NCBI GenBank assembly: GCA_963778115.1
Contig: CAVZSV010000004.1
Location: 1,248,001 to 1,312,000 of the forward strand
Length of the DNA: 64,000 nucleotides
From: an uncultured delta proteobacterium
Lineage (GTDB): Bacteria > Bdellovibrionota > FAC87 > UBA2466
Direction: 5' to 3'
The notes beneath the pieces were generated by a model, which saw nothing but the letters and a program-made list of their open reading frames with translations, was not told where the DNA came from and did not search any database. The position numbers were made by a program, and so were the translations under genes. Shown here piece after piece: positions 36,938-46,233 of the stretch; the stretch's first letter is position 1, and every line of letters begins with the position of its first letter.

Positions 36938-39006
36938 ACTTTTCGGCCGCGCTTTCGGGGAGGAAGAAAAAATTGGCCGGGCTTGTTGCGTAAACGAACT
37001 CGCATCGCCTTTAAGAGCCGGCGAACTACACCTATGCGAACGTCACGAGCACGAACAGCGACCGCAAAGGCGAGAGAGTAAGATACCGCAAAGTTCAAGG
37101 CGCCGATGATAAAGATTCCGATGATGGGCAGTGCCGCCGCACGCCAATGAAAACTCACTGATGTCGCAAGCGTGCATAAAGCAAAGGTCAACTGACACGC
37201 CGAAAGAGTCACGTGCCTGACATCCAAAGGCAGCCCCAGAAACTTACCGGCAATGGGGGTAAAGCCTAACAGAAAGCCCAAGCTGATATTGCCCGCAAGC
37301 AAAGTAGCGTTATTGAGAAGCCATTTCCCCATCTTCCCGGCCCCCTTTTCGCCAAAGACTTGGATCAGTCTGCGATTGGTGGAAATGCCTTCAGGAATCC
37401 GCCGAAAAACGATCCAATTCTCAAACCATCCAGCAGTCAGACTGGAGAGAAAAAGATGAAGCCCGGTCAAAGACGCCGTAAATATAGTAAAGCTCTCGAT
37501 GGGATTTACCGACTGCAAAACGTGCTGCGCCGTTCCCGTTCCAATAAAATGATGGCCGGAACTAAAATAGATAGCCATATCGAGCATAATCGCCACAGGC
37601 ACTAACAGAAGGAGGTTTCCGACTAGTGCTGCAAATTGAGAACGTGTCATACGACAGGCTTCATCCACGAACTCTCTTACCTCCCCGTCTTCTTCTAAAG
37701 CGCGTAGTTTTCCTCCAAACGCGGATGCCGTCGCGGACGGCTGCTTGGTGGCAAGCGTAAAGCCCAGAAGCTGGAGAATCGAAAAAAAGAACGAATAGTT
37801 TAGAGAGAAAAATAGGCCTTCAATAAAGAGTGGCGCGCCCAGAGCCATGATAGAGAATTTAACAAGGGTGGTCCCAATCATCATCACCCCGCCCCCCAGC
37901 CCCTTACGAATCATTTGAAAGTATTCGCCTCTGGTAGAAGTAATATAGTGCTCGCCAGTCGCACCCGCTCTTTCAATTATTTTTCTTGAGAGGAGTCGGG
38001 TATTGGTGCGAACCAGATCCGTAAAGGTCTTCTGCGAAAGGCGCTCTTCGACCAACTTAGACAAAAACTGCAAAATTAGTATCGGCCGTTCGTCATCGGC
38101 CGGCCGGAGCAACTTCACCAGGAAATCGACCCGGTGAGTGGCGTCTATCAGATTCTCCAGAATATAAACCAAAGCTACGTTCACCCCGGACTCCTCTAGC
38201 GCCAGATAGATCTCACGTATCTGACGACGGCAGGAGTAGGTTTCTCTCAGGCACTTATCCGCTAATTCCGAAACCTTCCCGCCCGACCGGCTTGTCTCAG
38301 CTAATTGTTGAAGAGAGTGATTGAGACGAATAAAGGGCAACTCGTGAACCTCTTCGATCCGAGCGCGACCTCGAACTTCCGGTAACGTTCCTAAGGATCC
38401 GATCCGCATTCCCAAGATCAGCAGCGAATCATTGGTATCGCGCTGCCACTGGGCAAAAACCTTTTCCGAAGGAGGCGCTCCAAAATGAACCAGATCGATG
38501 ATCTGTTTCAAGAGAGCGGACGGGACATGCCTTACCCAGATAGCATCATTTCCGTCTTCGAAAATGCGAACGAAAAGCTCCGATAGCTCGGTATTTTCAC
38601 TGGGTCTGGGTAAGATTCTGCGAAGAAAAATGTCGGCCGCTTCCGCCATGAACCCATGTTGTTGGCCCAAACCTACTTGCGTGAAAAGATTGAGAGCGGA
38701 AGTCTGTTCAATGAGGGATCTCAGGATGCTAGCTGATTGTTTTTTCCATTCGGGGTTACGATCCAACAGGTGAAGAAGAAATTTGAGACGAACGTTATGA
38801 AGCTGACCGGTCTCTTTATCAAACTCGTGGGCATGTTGGCTGGCCGTTCGAACCCACAACATTAGTTTTTCAAGCCATTCCACTCTCGCCGATAAGGTCA
38901 TATCAGCGCTCGCATGTCCCAGAAGATCATAGAGCTGATCCCGCTCATAAGTGGGTCTAACGAGAGTTACGATCTTGTGTGAGATCTTACGAACGGTTCT
39001 GAACAT
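36925..39006 (-). CDS. Gcr / 'site-specific recombinase' family membrane protein (function doubtful)
   Basis: 'LEESGVNVALVY', 'GEHYIT', 'FTLATKQPS', 'RSQFAALVGN', 'LDVRHVTLS', 'LNFAVSY'; C-terminal TMs. Confidence 0.85.
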   Translation of the reverse strand: MFRTVRKISHKIVTLVRPTYERDQLYDLLGHASADMTLSARVEWLEKLMLWVRTASQHAHEFDKETGQLHNVRLKFLLHLLDRNPEWKKQSASILRSLIEQTSALNLFTQVGLGQQHGFMAEAADIFLRRILPRPSENTELSELFVRIFEDGNDAIWVRHVPSALLKQIIDLVHFGAPPSEKVFAQWQRDTNDSLLILGMRIGSLGTLPEVRGRARIEEVHELPFIRLNHSLQQLAETSRSGGKVSELADKCLRETYSCRRQIREIYLALEESGVNVALVYILENLIDATHRVDFLVKLLRPADDERPILILQFLSKLVEERLSQKTFTDLVRTNTRLLSRKIIERAGATGEHYITSTRGEYFQMIRKGLGGGVMMIGTTLVKFSIMALGAPLFIEGLFFSLNYSFFFSILQLLGFTLATKQPSATASAFGGKLRALEEDGEVREFVDEACRMTRSQFAALVGNLLLLVPVAIMLDMAIYFSSGHHFIGTGTAQHVLQSVNPIESFTIFTASLTGLHLFLSSLTAGWFENWIVFRRIPEGISTNRRLIQVFGEKGAGKMGKWLLNNATLLAGNISLGFLLGFTPIAGKFLGLPLDVRHVTLSACQLTFALCTLATSVSFHWRAAALPIIGIFIIGALNFAVSYSLAFAVAVRARDVRIGVVRRLLKAMRVRLRNKPGQFFLPPRKRGRKVTRR

Positions 39007-39038
39007 CCCTCTAATCTATCAGGCGGACTTAGCCTTCA

Positions 39039-39671
39039 CTACTTCAATATTTCCTGCAGGAGACGTTTAGTCGCATAGAAAGCGCGTGCTGGAAACATCT
39101 CGCCGGTAACGGGACAACGGCTGGAGAGTTTTCCCGTTCCCGTAGGCCGGAGCTGTAAATAATCAACCGAAGATCCCAAGTTGGGGAAACTCGCCATCTC
39201 CCCATTGCAGACGGTATGTCTTACATCTTCCCAGAACGACTTGAGCGCCATCACAAGTCGCGCTTCCGTGATATCGACACGATTTACGAAGACAGCCCGG
39301 CAGTCATCGGACGAAAGGTTCGTATAACCGACCACCACGAGTCGTTCTAATTTGTTCCATAGGGCTGAGTTTTCGAACGTCTCTTCTAGAATATTCTTCG
39401 GGTTAAGATTGGTGACCTTGATGGTCTCTTTGGGCACCCAACTTGCGCCGCGACGCAACAATACCGTTGACTTCAGTTCGAAATCGCTCCCGTCACGTCG
39501 TTGGGCATTGGACACCGGAAGTTCGGCGACTCGCTCAATAGTCTGCCCGACCCATCCCTTATTTCTTACGCCGCTTTTGTAAACCGTGACTCCGTGGGTC
39601 TCAGCCAATTCATAGAGATTTTTTCCCGGCAAAATCGCCCGGAGGCGGTCGACGACGACAACGGCGTTCAT
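39039..39671 (-). CDS. MutH/Sau3AI family PD-(D/E)XK endonuclease
   Basis: 'NKGWVGQTIE', 'RRDGSDFELKST', 'PKETIKVT', 'SALWNKL', 'YLQLRPTG', 'RAFYA'. Confidence 0.8.
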   Translation of the reverse strand: MNAVVVVDRLRAILPGKNLYELAETHGVTVYKSGVRNKGWVGQTIERVAELPVSNAQRRDGSDFELKSTVLLRRGASWVPKETIKVTNLNPKNILEETFENSALWNKLERLVVVGYTNLSSDDCRAVFVNRVDITEARLVMALKSFWEDVRHTVCNGEMASFPNLGSSVDYLQLRPTGTGKLSSRCPVTGEMFPARAFYATKRLLQEILK

Positions 39672-39700
39672 AGAGCGACCATAGCCTAAGTTTTCGCCCG

Positions 39701-39758
39701 CTAAAAGAGACATCGGGCCATCGTTTGTGGAGTAAACAACGGCCCGGTGTCTCTTTAG
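39701..39758 (-). terminator. Long hairpin ending in UCUCUUUU (probable intrinsic terminator on the minus strand)
   Basis: About 23-bp stem with two G-U pairs and one mismatch on the minus strand; loop ACTCCAC. Confidence 0.65.
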
Positions 39759-39803
39759 TCATGGGGAGAGGGACGTCGGCAAACAAACTGCCCCGGCTTA
39801 AGA
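39701..39803 (-). ncRNA. Candidate ~100-nt small RNA
   Basis: Lies downstream of a sigma54-like promoter; short 5' hairpin, CU-rich single-stranded CCCUCUCCCC, then the terminator hairpin. Confidence 0.35.
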
Positions 39804-39813
39804 CCTTCTTTAC

Positions 39814-39829
39814 TTCAAGTCTTGTACCA
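39814..39829 (-). promoter_or_regulatory. Sigma54-like -24/-12 promoter TGGTAC-AAGAC-TTGAA
   Basis: GG-N10-GA versus consensus TGGCAC-N5-TTGCW; spacing is correct, -12 C is replaced by A. Confidence 0.45.
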
Positions 39830-39836
39830 GAACCCA

Positions 39837-39936
39837 CTAGCTATACGGAACCGGGAATTCGATCTCAGGTTTGATGATTTCCCATACGACATTGAAGTCG
39901 ACATCGGGAGGTAGCGAAATGCTTGTGAGATTTCGA
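39837..39936 (-). pseudogene. Possible decayed HEPN (HepT/DUF86-like) fragment
   Basis: 'RNLTSISLPPDVDFNVVWEIIKPEI' resembles the DUF86 C-terminus RNxxxHxYxxVDxxIVWxII, with the His lost. Confidence 0.3.
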
Positions 39937-40155
39937 GACGGCTTAGAGGGTATCCAATGTAAAAAGCTTGTCAGCGTGGCCAAGCTTTCAGCAGAGCAGT
40001 GTGCCTGAGGGACGCTTTTGGTCACTTTATTTCTAAAAGAGACTTGGGGAATACGATATGTCTGTCCTTGCGAGAAGAGATCAGCAAATCGCTAGGCCCA
40101 GGCCTACGTCTTACGTTCAGTTTCACGTCGACGTAGACTTGGACATGAGCAACCC

Positions 40156-42114
40156 TTATTCGTACCTAAGCGCCGTAATCGGATTTAGTCGAGAAGCTTT
40201 CACCGCGGGCCATACGCCGAAGACAATTCCGATAAGGGCCGAGAACAATGTCGAAAGGACAATAGAATCCAGCGAAACCGATGTCGCCCAATGAGCAATG
40301 GCCGACATCGCAAAGGTGAGCAGGCAACCCAAGACTATTCCAATGAGCCCCCCAGAAAGGCTAATCACCATCGCTTCGATGAGAAACTGAGAAAGAATAT
40401 CCTTGCGCATGGCCCCCACGGCCTTTCTCAGTCCTATCTCTCTGGTTCGTTCGGTTACCGAAACGAGCATGATGTTCATAATGCCGATTCCGCCGACCAA
40501 TAGAGAAATGGCTGCGATCGAGGCCAGTAGAAAGGCCATGGTTCGGCTACTTTCGGCGAGTGCATTTTGAACGTCAGCCATATTTCGGATCTGGAAAGGC
40601 TCTTGCTGCGACGGAGGGACTCGATGCGTGCGGATCATGAATTCGTTCACATCGGTTTCCATCCGGTCCGCTTGGCTCGCTTCGTTCATCTCCATGTCGA
40701 TTTCATCCACGTAGATCTTGCCCAAAAGACGCTTCATTCCCGTCATGAGAGGTAACATAATGATGTCGTCAGCATCACGCCACCCGTTATTGCCTTTCTC
40801 GGGAAGAATTCCGATCACCTGGAAAGGAACTTTATTAATCTTGATATACTCTCCTATAGGATCCGCATCTCCAAAAAGCTGATTCACTATCGTAAGGCCA
40901 ATAACCGCAACCCGAACCCGTTTTTTATTTTCCTCGTCATCGAAAAATCGTCCCACCACCGGAACCGTGGCTCGCATGGGCGCATACTCAGGTACCGTGG
41001 CAAGAAGTGTCGTGCTCCAATTCTTGTCGAGATAGGTAACTTGCCCCTTCCCGTTCACTTGAGGAGCAATATATTTTATTTCATCCGGAAAGGCCTGGGT
41101 TAAGGCGTTGGCGTCATCCACGGTAAGTCGGGTAATCGAGCCCGCATCCATCGCGACTCCGGAAACTCGGAAAGCGCCCGGACGAAGCGTCAGTAAATTG
41201 GATCCCAAAGAAGCTAGCTGAACTTCAATGGCTTTTTGAGCGCCACGCCCCAGAGCCAGCATCGCAATGACCGCGGCAACCCCAATAAGAATACCCAACA
41301 TGGAAAGAGCCGACCGTACTTTATTCGCGGAGAGTGCGGTTAACCCTTCTCCAAAGTGAGTCACCCATTCGGTGAAGATCTCTTTAATACCGGGAGTATT
41401 TTCTTCAGGAAAAGCCTCTTCTTTGGCTTTCCTATTTTGCTCTGACTCCAGACGCTCGTCCGAATAGATCAAGCCATCTTTCATACGGATGATACGTTTA
41501 GCGTTTCGAGCAACGTCCTCTTCGTGGGTAACCACGATAATCGTAATCCCCTGGGCATTTAGACCTTTTAAAATAGCTAAGATCTCTTCGCCGCTCTTCG
41601 AGTCTAAATTTCCCGTCGGTTCGTCCGCTAAGATAATCCGCGGATCATTGATAAGGGATCTCGCTATTGCGACACGTTGCTGCTGCCCTCCCGAAAGTTC
41701 GTTGGGCTTGTGCTGAGTCCGTTCTCCTAGGCCCACTTGTCCCAAGAGTTGTCCGGACTTCTCCAGATCCACACGACGCTGGGAATAGAGCTGAGGAAGC
41801 CCGACGTTTTCCGCGGCGGAAGTGCGAGCTAAGAGATTAAACTGTTGGAAGACAAATCCTATCGATTTTCGGCGTAAAATAGCCAGTTCGTCGTCAGTCA
41901 GCTTAGAGACCTCTCGGTTCATCAGATGGTATGTCCCGTCATCAGGAACATCGAGCAGTCCCAGAATATGCATCAACGTGGATTTCCCCGAACCCGAGGG
42001 GCCCATGATAGCAACGAACTCTCCCGGCTCTATCGTGAGAGAAACTCCGGCCAAAGCCCTTACCACCTCTTCGCCCATGGTATAGGTCTTTTTGATGTTT
42101 TTAATTTCGATCAT
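40156..42114 (-). CDS. macB: MacB-type fused ABC ATPase / permease
   Basis: 'GPSGSGKST', 'LSGGQQQRVAIAR', 'ADEPTGNLD', periplasmic core, 'VGGIGIMNIMLVSVTERTREIG'. Confidence 0.95.
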   Translation of the reverse strand: MIEIKNIKKTYTMGEEVVRALAGVSLTIEPGEFVAIMGPSGSGKSTLMHILGLLDVPDDGTYHLMNREVSKLTDDELAILRRKSIGFVFQQFNLLARTSAAENVGLPQLYSQRRVDLEKSGQLLGQVGLGERTQHKPNELSGGQQQRVAIARSLINDPRIILADEPTGNLDSKSGEEILAILKGLNAQGITIIVVTHEEDVARNAKRIIRMKDGLIYSDERLESEQNRKAKEEAFPEENTPGIKEIFTEWVTHFGEGLTALSANKVRSALSMLGILIGVAAVIAMLALGRGAQKAIEVQLASLGSNLLTLRPGAFRVSGVAMDAGSITRLTVDDANALTQAFPDEIKYIAPQVNGKGQVTYLDKNWSTTLLATVPEYAPMRATVPVVGRFFDDEENKKRVRVAVIGLTIVNQLFGDADPIGEYIKINKVPFQVIGILPEKGNNGWRDADDIIMLPLMTGMKRLLGKIYVDEIDMEMNEASQADRMETDVNEFMIRTHRVPPSQQEPFQIRNMADVQNALAESSRTMAFLLASIAAISLLVGGIGIMNIMLVSVTERTREIGLRKAVGAMRKDILSQFLIEAMVISLSGGLIGIVLGCLLTFAMSAIAHWATSVSLDSIVLSTLFSALIGIVFGVWPAVKASRLNPITALRYE

Positions 42115-42123
42115 GAGAAAATA

Positions 42124-43107
42124 TTAACGTTTTGGGCGATTGGGTATCGATGAGAACGGATTGGTATTCTGATTCTCTCCCTTGCGGGTAATGGAACGAA
42201 CCCCCGCCCAAAGTACCGTTTCCCCTTCTTGAAGTCCCGAAACTATTTCGACTTTTTTTCCGTCTGAAATCCCAACTTCCACTTCCTTTTGAATGGGCTC
42301 GTCTTTCGGATTTGCCGACGGAATAAGTACGAACGATTTTTTCTTTTCACGTTTTAGTGAAGCCGCAGGGACCAACAGCACACCATCATGTTCTTGGACT
42401 AAGAACGTAACGTTAGCCGTCATGCCGCTTTTCATAAAATCGGGAGTATCTAGTGCTTTTACGTCGACTTCATAAGTCGTCACGTTATTGACCGTCTTGG
42501 CATCAAAACCGATATGGACAACTTCAGACTCTAAAGGCTTATTCGGAAAAGCATCCAAGATCATTCTTGCTTTTTGCCCAACCACCACATCGGCGAGATC
42601 GGTTTCATCTACGTTGGCCTTCACGATGAGTCTATCGGACATTGATAAGATCGCATCGGTTTGCGTTACCGTCTGTCCCGCATCGGCACTCTTTAAGATG
42701 ATAAGTCCACTGCCAGGAGCTAAGATGGGAGTCATCTTATAGGAATCCTCCCAATATTTGACTTCGGCCTTTCCTTTCTGGACCGCGGTATCAATGAGAG
42801 CTGCTCTCTCCGTAGAACTCATCCAAGCAAGGACTTGCCCCCGACGGACCTTTTGCCCCTCTTCCACTAAAATTCTTTCAATGCGGCCAGCAACCGGAGC
42901 TTTGAGATCTAAGCGATTTTCTGGGGCAACGGTCCCCGTGGATAAAATAGTGGTTTTGATATCACCTTTAATGACTTTCACAGGCTCATATTTAATGACG
43001 GCATGTCGAGTATTTTGATACTCGTATCCGCCTGTCAGAGCGGCAATAACCACTATCGGGACTATCCACCAGAGCCACCTTTTCTTGCTGCGTTTCTTTT
43101 CATTCAT
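42124..43107 (-). CDS. macA: MacA-type periplasmic adaptor (efflux MFP subunit)
   Basis: N-terminal TM, 'VAGRIERILVEEGQKV', 'ANVDETD', 'GMTANV', 'EIVSGL'; ATGA overlap with the TolC-family gene. Confidence 0.9.
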   Translation of the reverse strand: MNEKKRSKKRWLWWIVPIVVIAALTGGYEYQNTRHAVIKYEPVKVIKGDIKTTILSTGTVAPENRLDLKAPVAGRIERILVEEGQKVRRGQVLAWMSSTERAALIDTAVQKGKAEVKYWEDSYKMTPILAPGSGLIILKSADAGQTVTQTDAILSMSDRLIVKANVDETDLADVVVGQKARMILDAFPNKPLESEVVHIGFDAKTVNNVTTYEVDVKALDTPDFMKSGMTANVTFLVQEHDGVLLVPAASLKREKKKSFVLIPSANPKDEPIQKEVEVGISDGKKVEIVSGLQEGETVLWAGVRSITRKGENQNTNPFSSIPNRPKR

Positions 43108-44399
43108 GGAATAGCTCCCGTCCCAAGAGCAAGTTCCCATGCGGCTTCCGCCTGCATGGCGTTGTTCTCACTGGAAAGTAGGGTCTGATCACGATTGATA
43201 CGATCGGTTTCAATGACGGTCCAGTCTTCAAAGACCATCAACCCTGTATTATATTTTTCGTCGGCAATAATAGATCGCGCATGGGCCGCATCATGAAACT
43301 CTTGCGCCACCCGCCACTGTTGAATGGCATCCTTTAAGTTCGCATAGGCCGTTTCAAGACCAGAGATGAGATTATTGTCCATACTGCTAAGCGCATAATC
43401 CGCCTTCACTCTAAGGGCTCGAGCGCTCTGCGAGCTAAAAATTTGAGAGGTTCCCGGAAAGAAGGGGAAAGAAAGCGTTAGGCCCACCGACCACCGGTTC
43501 GTATCAGGAGGAAAGTTGTCTCCGGTCCTTCCTACAAATCCCGTTAGATTCACATTGGGATACCACCCCTGATCGGCGATTTGAACACCGGCGTCCGCCG
43601 CGACCTGACTGTAATAGGTCTGCAGATGATTTGGATTTCCTCGAGCTAAACTTCGAAAGTCTAAATTAACGGGAAGATCTTTGGCGGTAAGATCCCCTTT
43701 CACTCGCAGTTCTTCTCCTTCTAAACTTCCTAAACTCACCGCCAGCTGTTTGGCGGCGGCTCTCATCTGTCGAATGGAGTGATCAAGTTGGTATTGGGCT
43801 TGAGCCACGGTGGCTGCTTGATACAGCTGGTTTCCTTTATTTTCATTTCCTCCCTCGAACCGCAGCGTGATCAGACGCAAATTATTCTGCTGACGTTTGA
43901 GAATGGCCTTATTGAGTTCCACATCCAGCTGTTCGTAAAGTAATTGAGCAAAGTTTGTCTTAAGAGCGGCACTTACGGTCGCTTTGGAAAGTGCCAGGCC
44001 CGCACGAGCATATTCGAGATTAGCTTTACCCTGCTTCACCTTTCCGACATCCTGAAATCCGTTAAAAATGTTCTGAGTCACGTTAAGGCCTGCCGCATAT
44101 TGGCCCTGGGAAGTCGTACCCGAAATGATACCTCCGGTGGCACTCGTATTTACCGTTCCCACGCTGCTGTCGGTATAGCTTGCGGTCGCTGAGGCTTGGG
44201 GAAAAAATCCGCTATAAGCACCACTGTAGAGGGCTTGCGCGCTATCCATCGCCGCTTTTGCGGTAATGATATCGGGATTTTTTTCGGCAGTCACTTTGAC
44301 ACACTCGTCCCAGGATAAGGGAGCGGAAGCATTTGCCGCTGTGGGAAAAAAAGGAATGAGGGTGAGCAGCCAACCCCAGGCTGCGACGAGTCGAAACAT
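43104..44399 (-). CDS. TolC family outer membrane efflux protein
   Basis: Signal peptide, 'NPDI', two OEP repeats ('FFPQASAT', 'WYPNVNLT'); in an operon with macAB. Confidence 0.9.
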   Translation of the reverse strand: MFRLVAAWGWLLTLIPFFPTAANASAPLSWDECVKVTAEKNPDIITAKAAMDSAQALYSGAYSGFFPQASATASYTDSSVGTVNTSATGGIISGTTSQGQYAAGLNVTQNIFNGFQDVGKVKQGKANLEYARAGLALSKATVSAALKTNFAQLLYEQLDVELNKAILKRQQNNLRLITLRFEGGNENKGNQLYQAATVAQAQYQLDHSIRQMRAAAKQLAVSLGSLEGEELRVKGDLTAKDLPVNLDFRSLARGNPNHLQTYYSQVAADAGVQIADQGWYPNVNLTGFVGRTGDNFPPDTNRWSVGLTLSFPFFPGTSQIFSSQSARALRVKADYALSSMDNNLISGLETAYANLKDAIQQWRVAQEFHDAAHARSIIADEKYNTGLMVFEDWTVIETDRINRDQTLLSSENNAMQAEAAWELALGTGAIP

Positions 44400-44485
44400 C
44401 GCCCCTATTATAAAACTAGACTGTGCCTAAGCAACAGCTCTCTTAGCAGTCGTATTGACGCTACGCATCATCAGCTTCACCGCTT

Positions 44486-46102
44486 CTATTCGTTTATAGC
44501 CGGAATAGCAGGCTCGGGCACTCCTTCGCTTCCGGTCCTTTCGCTCTGTCCTCCGGCGGCGATTAGATTTGAGCACGCTCGTCCCGTAAGTCTTCCCACT
44601 TTTACCAGTTGGCGATAAGCGAAAGAGAAAATCGATTTTGGAATCGTAATCGGAGACCTTTTCAAAGTCTCCCAACGAGCCCGCATCTCGGGTGCTTTGG
44701 GATGATTCAATTCCTCGGCGAAGTGGACCACGATCGAATGGGCGATGGGAATCGAACCTATGAGAAGAAGCGTTCCTAAGTCTATCGGTTTACTGATCAA
44801 GGGGATCGGAACGTCGTAGCCCCATAAAGTAATCGGACGATTGATAAACGGAAGCGAGATCTGATAGCCCAACCCCACTAAACCAACCAATTTCAAACTA
44901 TAAGGGATCAAATAATACTTCTGCTGCTCCCAAGACATCGTCTTAATTCCCGTATCATATGTCTTTCCGAACAGGGTAATCGCTTTGGTGCCCGCGAAAG
45001 AGGCTTTTCGAAAAGTCTTCATCAACTGAGGAACCCCGTACCAGGCTTTTCGACCTAAATTGTGGAGAAAGGTATTCCAAAAAATATGGGCATGGGTGAG
45101 CAGCGCCTTCGGATCGTCAAAATGGATGATCCACGCGACCCCGTCTTTGTAACCGACCACCGAATAGGCGAACGCATAACTGACCGCCCAAAGCTTAGCC
45201 ATCTGGGAAAGCGAATTCCCTCGATAGATCCAGTTTTGATACATGCTATTCCAAGCCGCAATGCCGTAGCCAAATAGCGCGGAAAACAATATCGGAGCCC
45301 CATCAAATCCATCGGCCGGATTAGTCCAGTACTTTCCCAGAGCAAGGCAACTAGCGGCGGCTACTTGCAGGCCTCCGCAATACAAGCCGAACATGCGATC
45401 GGGTCCCTCTGCTTTTTTGTAGGTGGCGTGCCAGTAATCGGCAATCCACGCTGGAGATCCGGGAAAGTACCGCGGAAGATACTCAGACCTGGTTACCTTT
45501 CCATCTCTAAGCCAAACGATCACTAGATCTCGACCGGGCTTGCCGCCCCATTTCCCCTTGTCACCAGCATCGATATGTTGTCTGGCAATGTACTGGCGTA
45601 AATGGGGAGAATCGGGGTCGATACGGTCTTCGTCTAGAAAGGCAATGGAGACTTTGCTTTCTGTGTCTACGATTCTAGGAAAATAGACGCCATCGATAGA
45701 GTTGAGTTCGCCCTTGCCGTCGGGAAAGGGGACCACCGTTTCGTTTTCGTCAATACGAGTCTCTAAAGCTTTCCACCCGAAGCCATATTCAAACCGTGCC
45801 GCTTTTTCCAACATCACCTTGGCGGAGGTGAGCGCCCGCGGAATGACGTCTCGCAGAACCTCCTGCGAATCGGCAGAGGGCTCGAAAAACTCGTCGGTGA
45901 TGGTGACAAAACGTTCGTGGACTTCCGTCGGTTCCGGCCCGTCTTCTAAATGGGCGCGTTCGAACTCAAACCCTGGTAAGGAATCCACGGGATCGGCATA
46001 GCAATATCCCGCTCCTATGGTGATAAGCCACACTAAGCTCACCAACGATATTGTTATAGATCTCCGTCTCAAATCTAGCTCTACCCCTGAACAAGACTTC
46101 AT
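44486..46102 (-). CDS. Hypothetical protein: soluble N-terminal domain plus multi-TM C-terminal region
   Basis: 538-codon ORF with a signal-like N-terminus and several TM segments; no family recognised. Confidence 0.7.
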   Translation of the reverse strand: MKSCSGVELDLRRRSITISLVSLVWLITIGAGYCYADPVDSLPGFEFERAHLEDGPEPTEVHERFVTITDEFFEPSADSQEVLRDVIPRALTSAKVMLEKAARFEYGFGWKALETRIDENETVVPFPDGKGELNSIDGVYFPRIVDTESKVSIAFLDEDRIDPDSPHLRQYIARQHIDAGDKGKWGGKPGRDLVIVWLRDGKVTRSEYLPRYFPGSPAWIADYWHATYKKAEGPDRMFGLYCGGLQVAAASCLALGKYWTNPADGFDGAPILFSALFGYGIAAWNSMYQNWIYRGNSLSQMAKLWAVSYAFAYSVVGYKDGVAWIIHFDDPKALLTHAHIFWNTFLHNLGRKAWYGVPQLMKTFRKASFAGTKAITLFGKTYDTGIKTMSWEQQKYYLIPYSLKLVGLVGLGYQISLPFINRPITLWGYDVPIPLISKPIDLGTLLLIGSIPIAHSIVVHFAEELNHPKAPEMRARWETLKRSPITIPKSIFSFAYRQLVKVGRLTGRACSNLIAAGGQSERTGSEGVPEPAIPAINE

Positions 46103-46233
46103 TCGGCTGGCCCCCCAACCACAAAAATTTTAACTGTCGAACCTGGGTACCATTGGCTCTGTTGTTACGCAATGCAAAATCTTTTCAATTTGGAAGATCT
46201 GACAGTTGACTTTTTTTTCTTGGCCCGACCCGT

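Noticed and set aside
36925..39006. 'Site-specific recombinase' as a mobile element or integrase
   Set aside because: It is a Gcr-type polytopic membrane protein. No tyrosine (R-H-R-Y) or serine recombinase motifs and no att-like flanks were seen.
39760..39960. 6S RNA or riboswitch
   Set aside because: No long closing stem with a central bulge and no recognisable aptamer consensus; kept only as a generic sRNA candidate.
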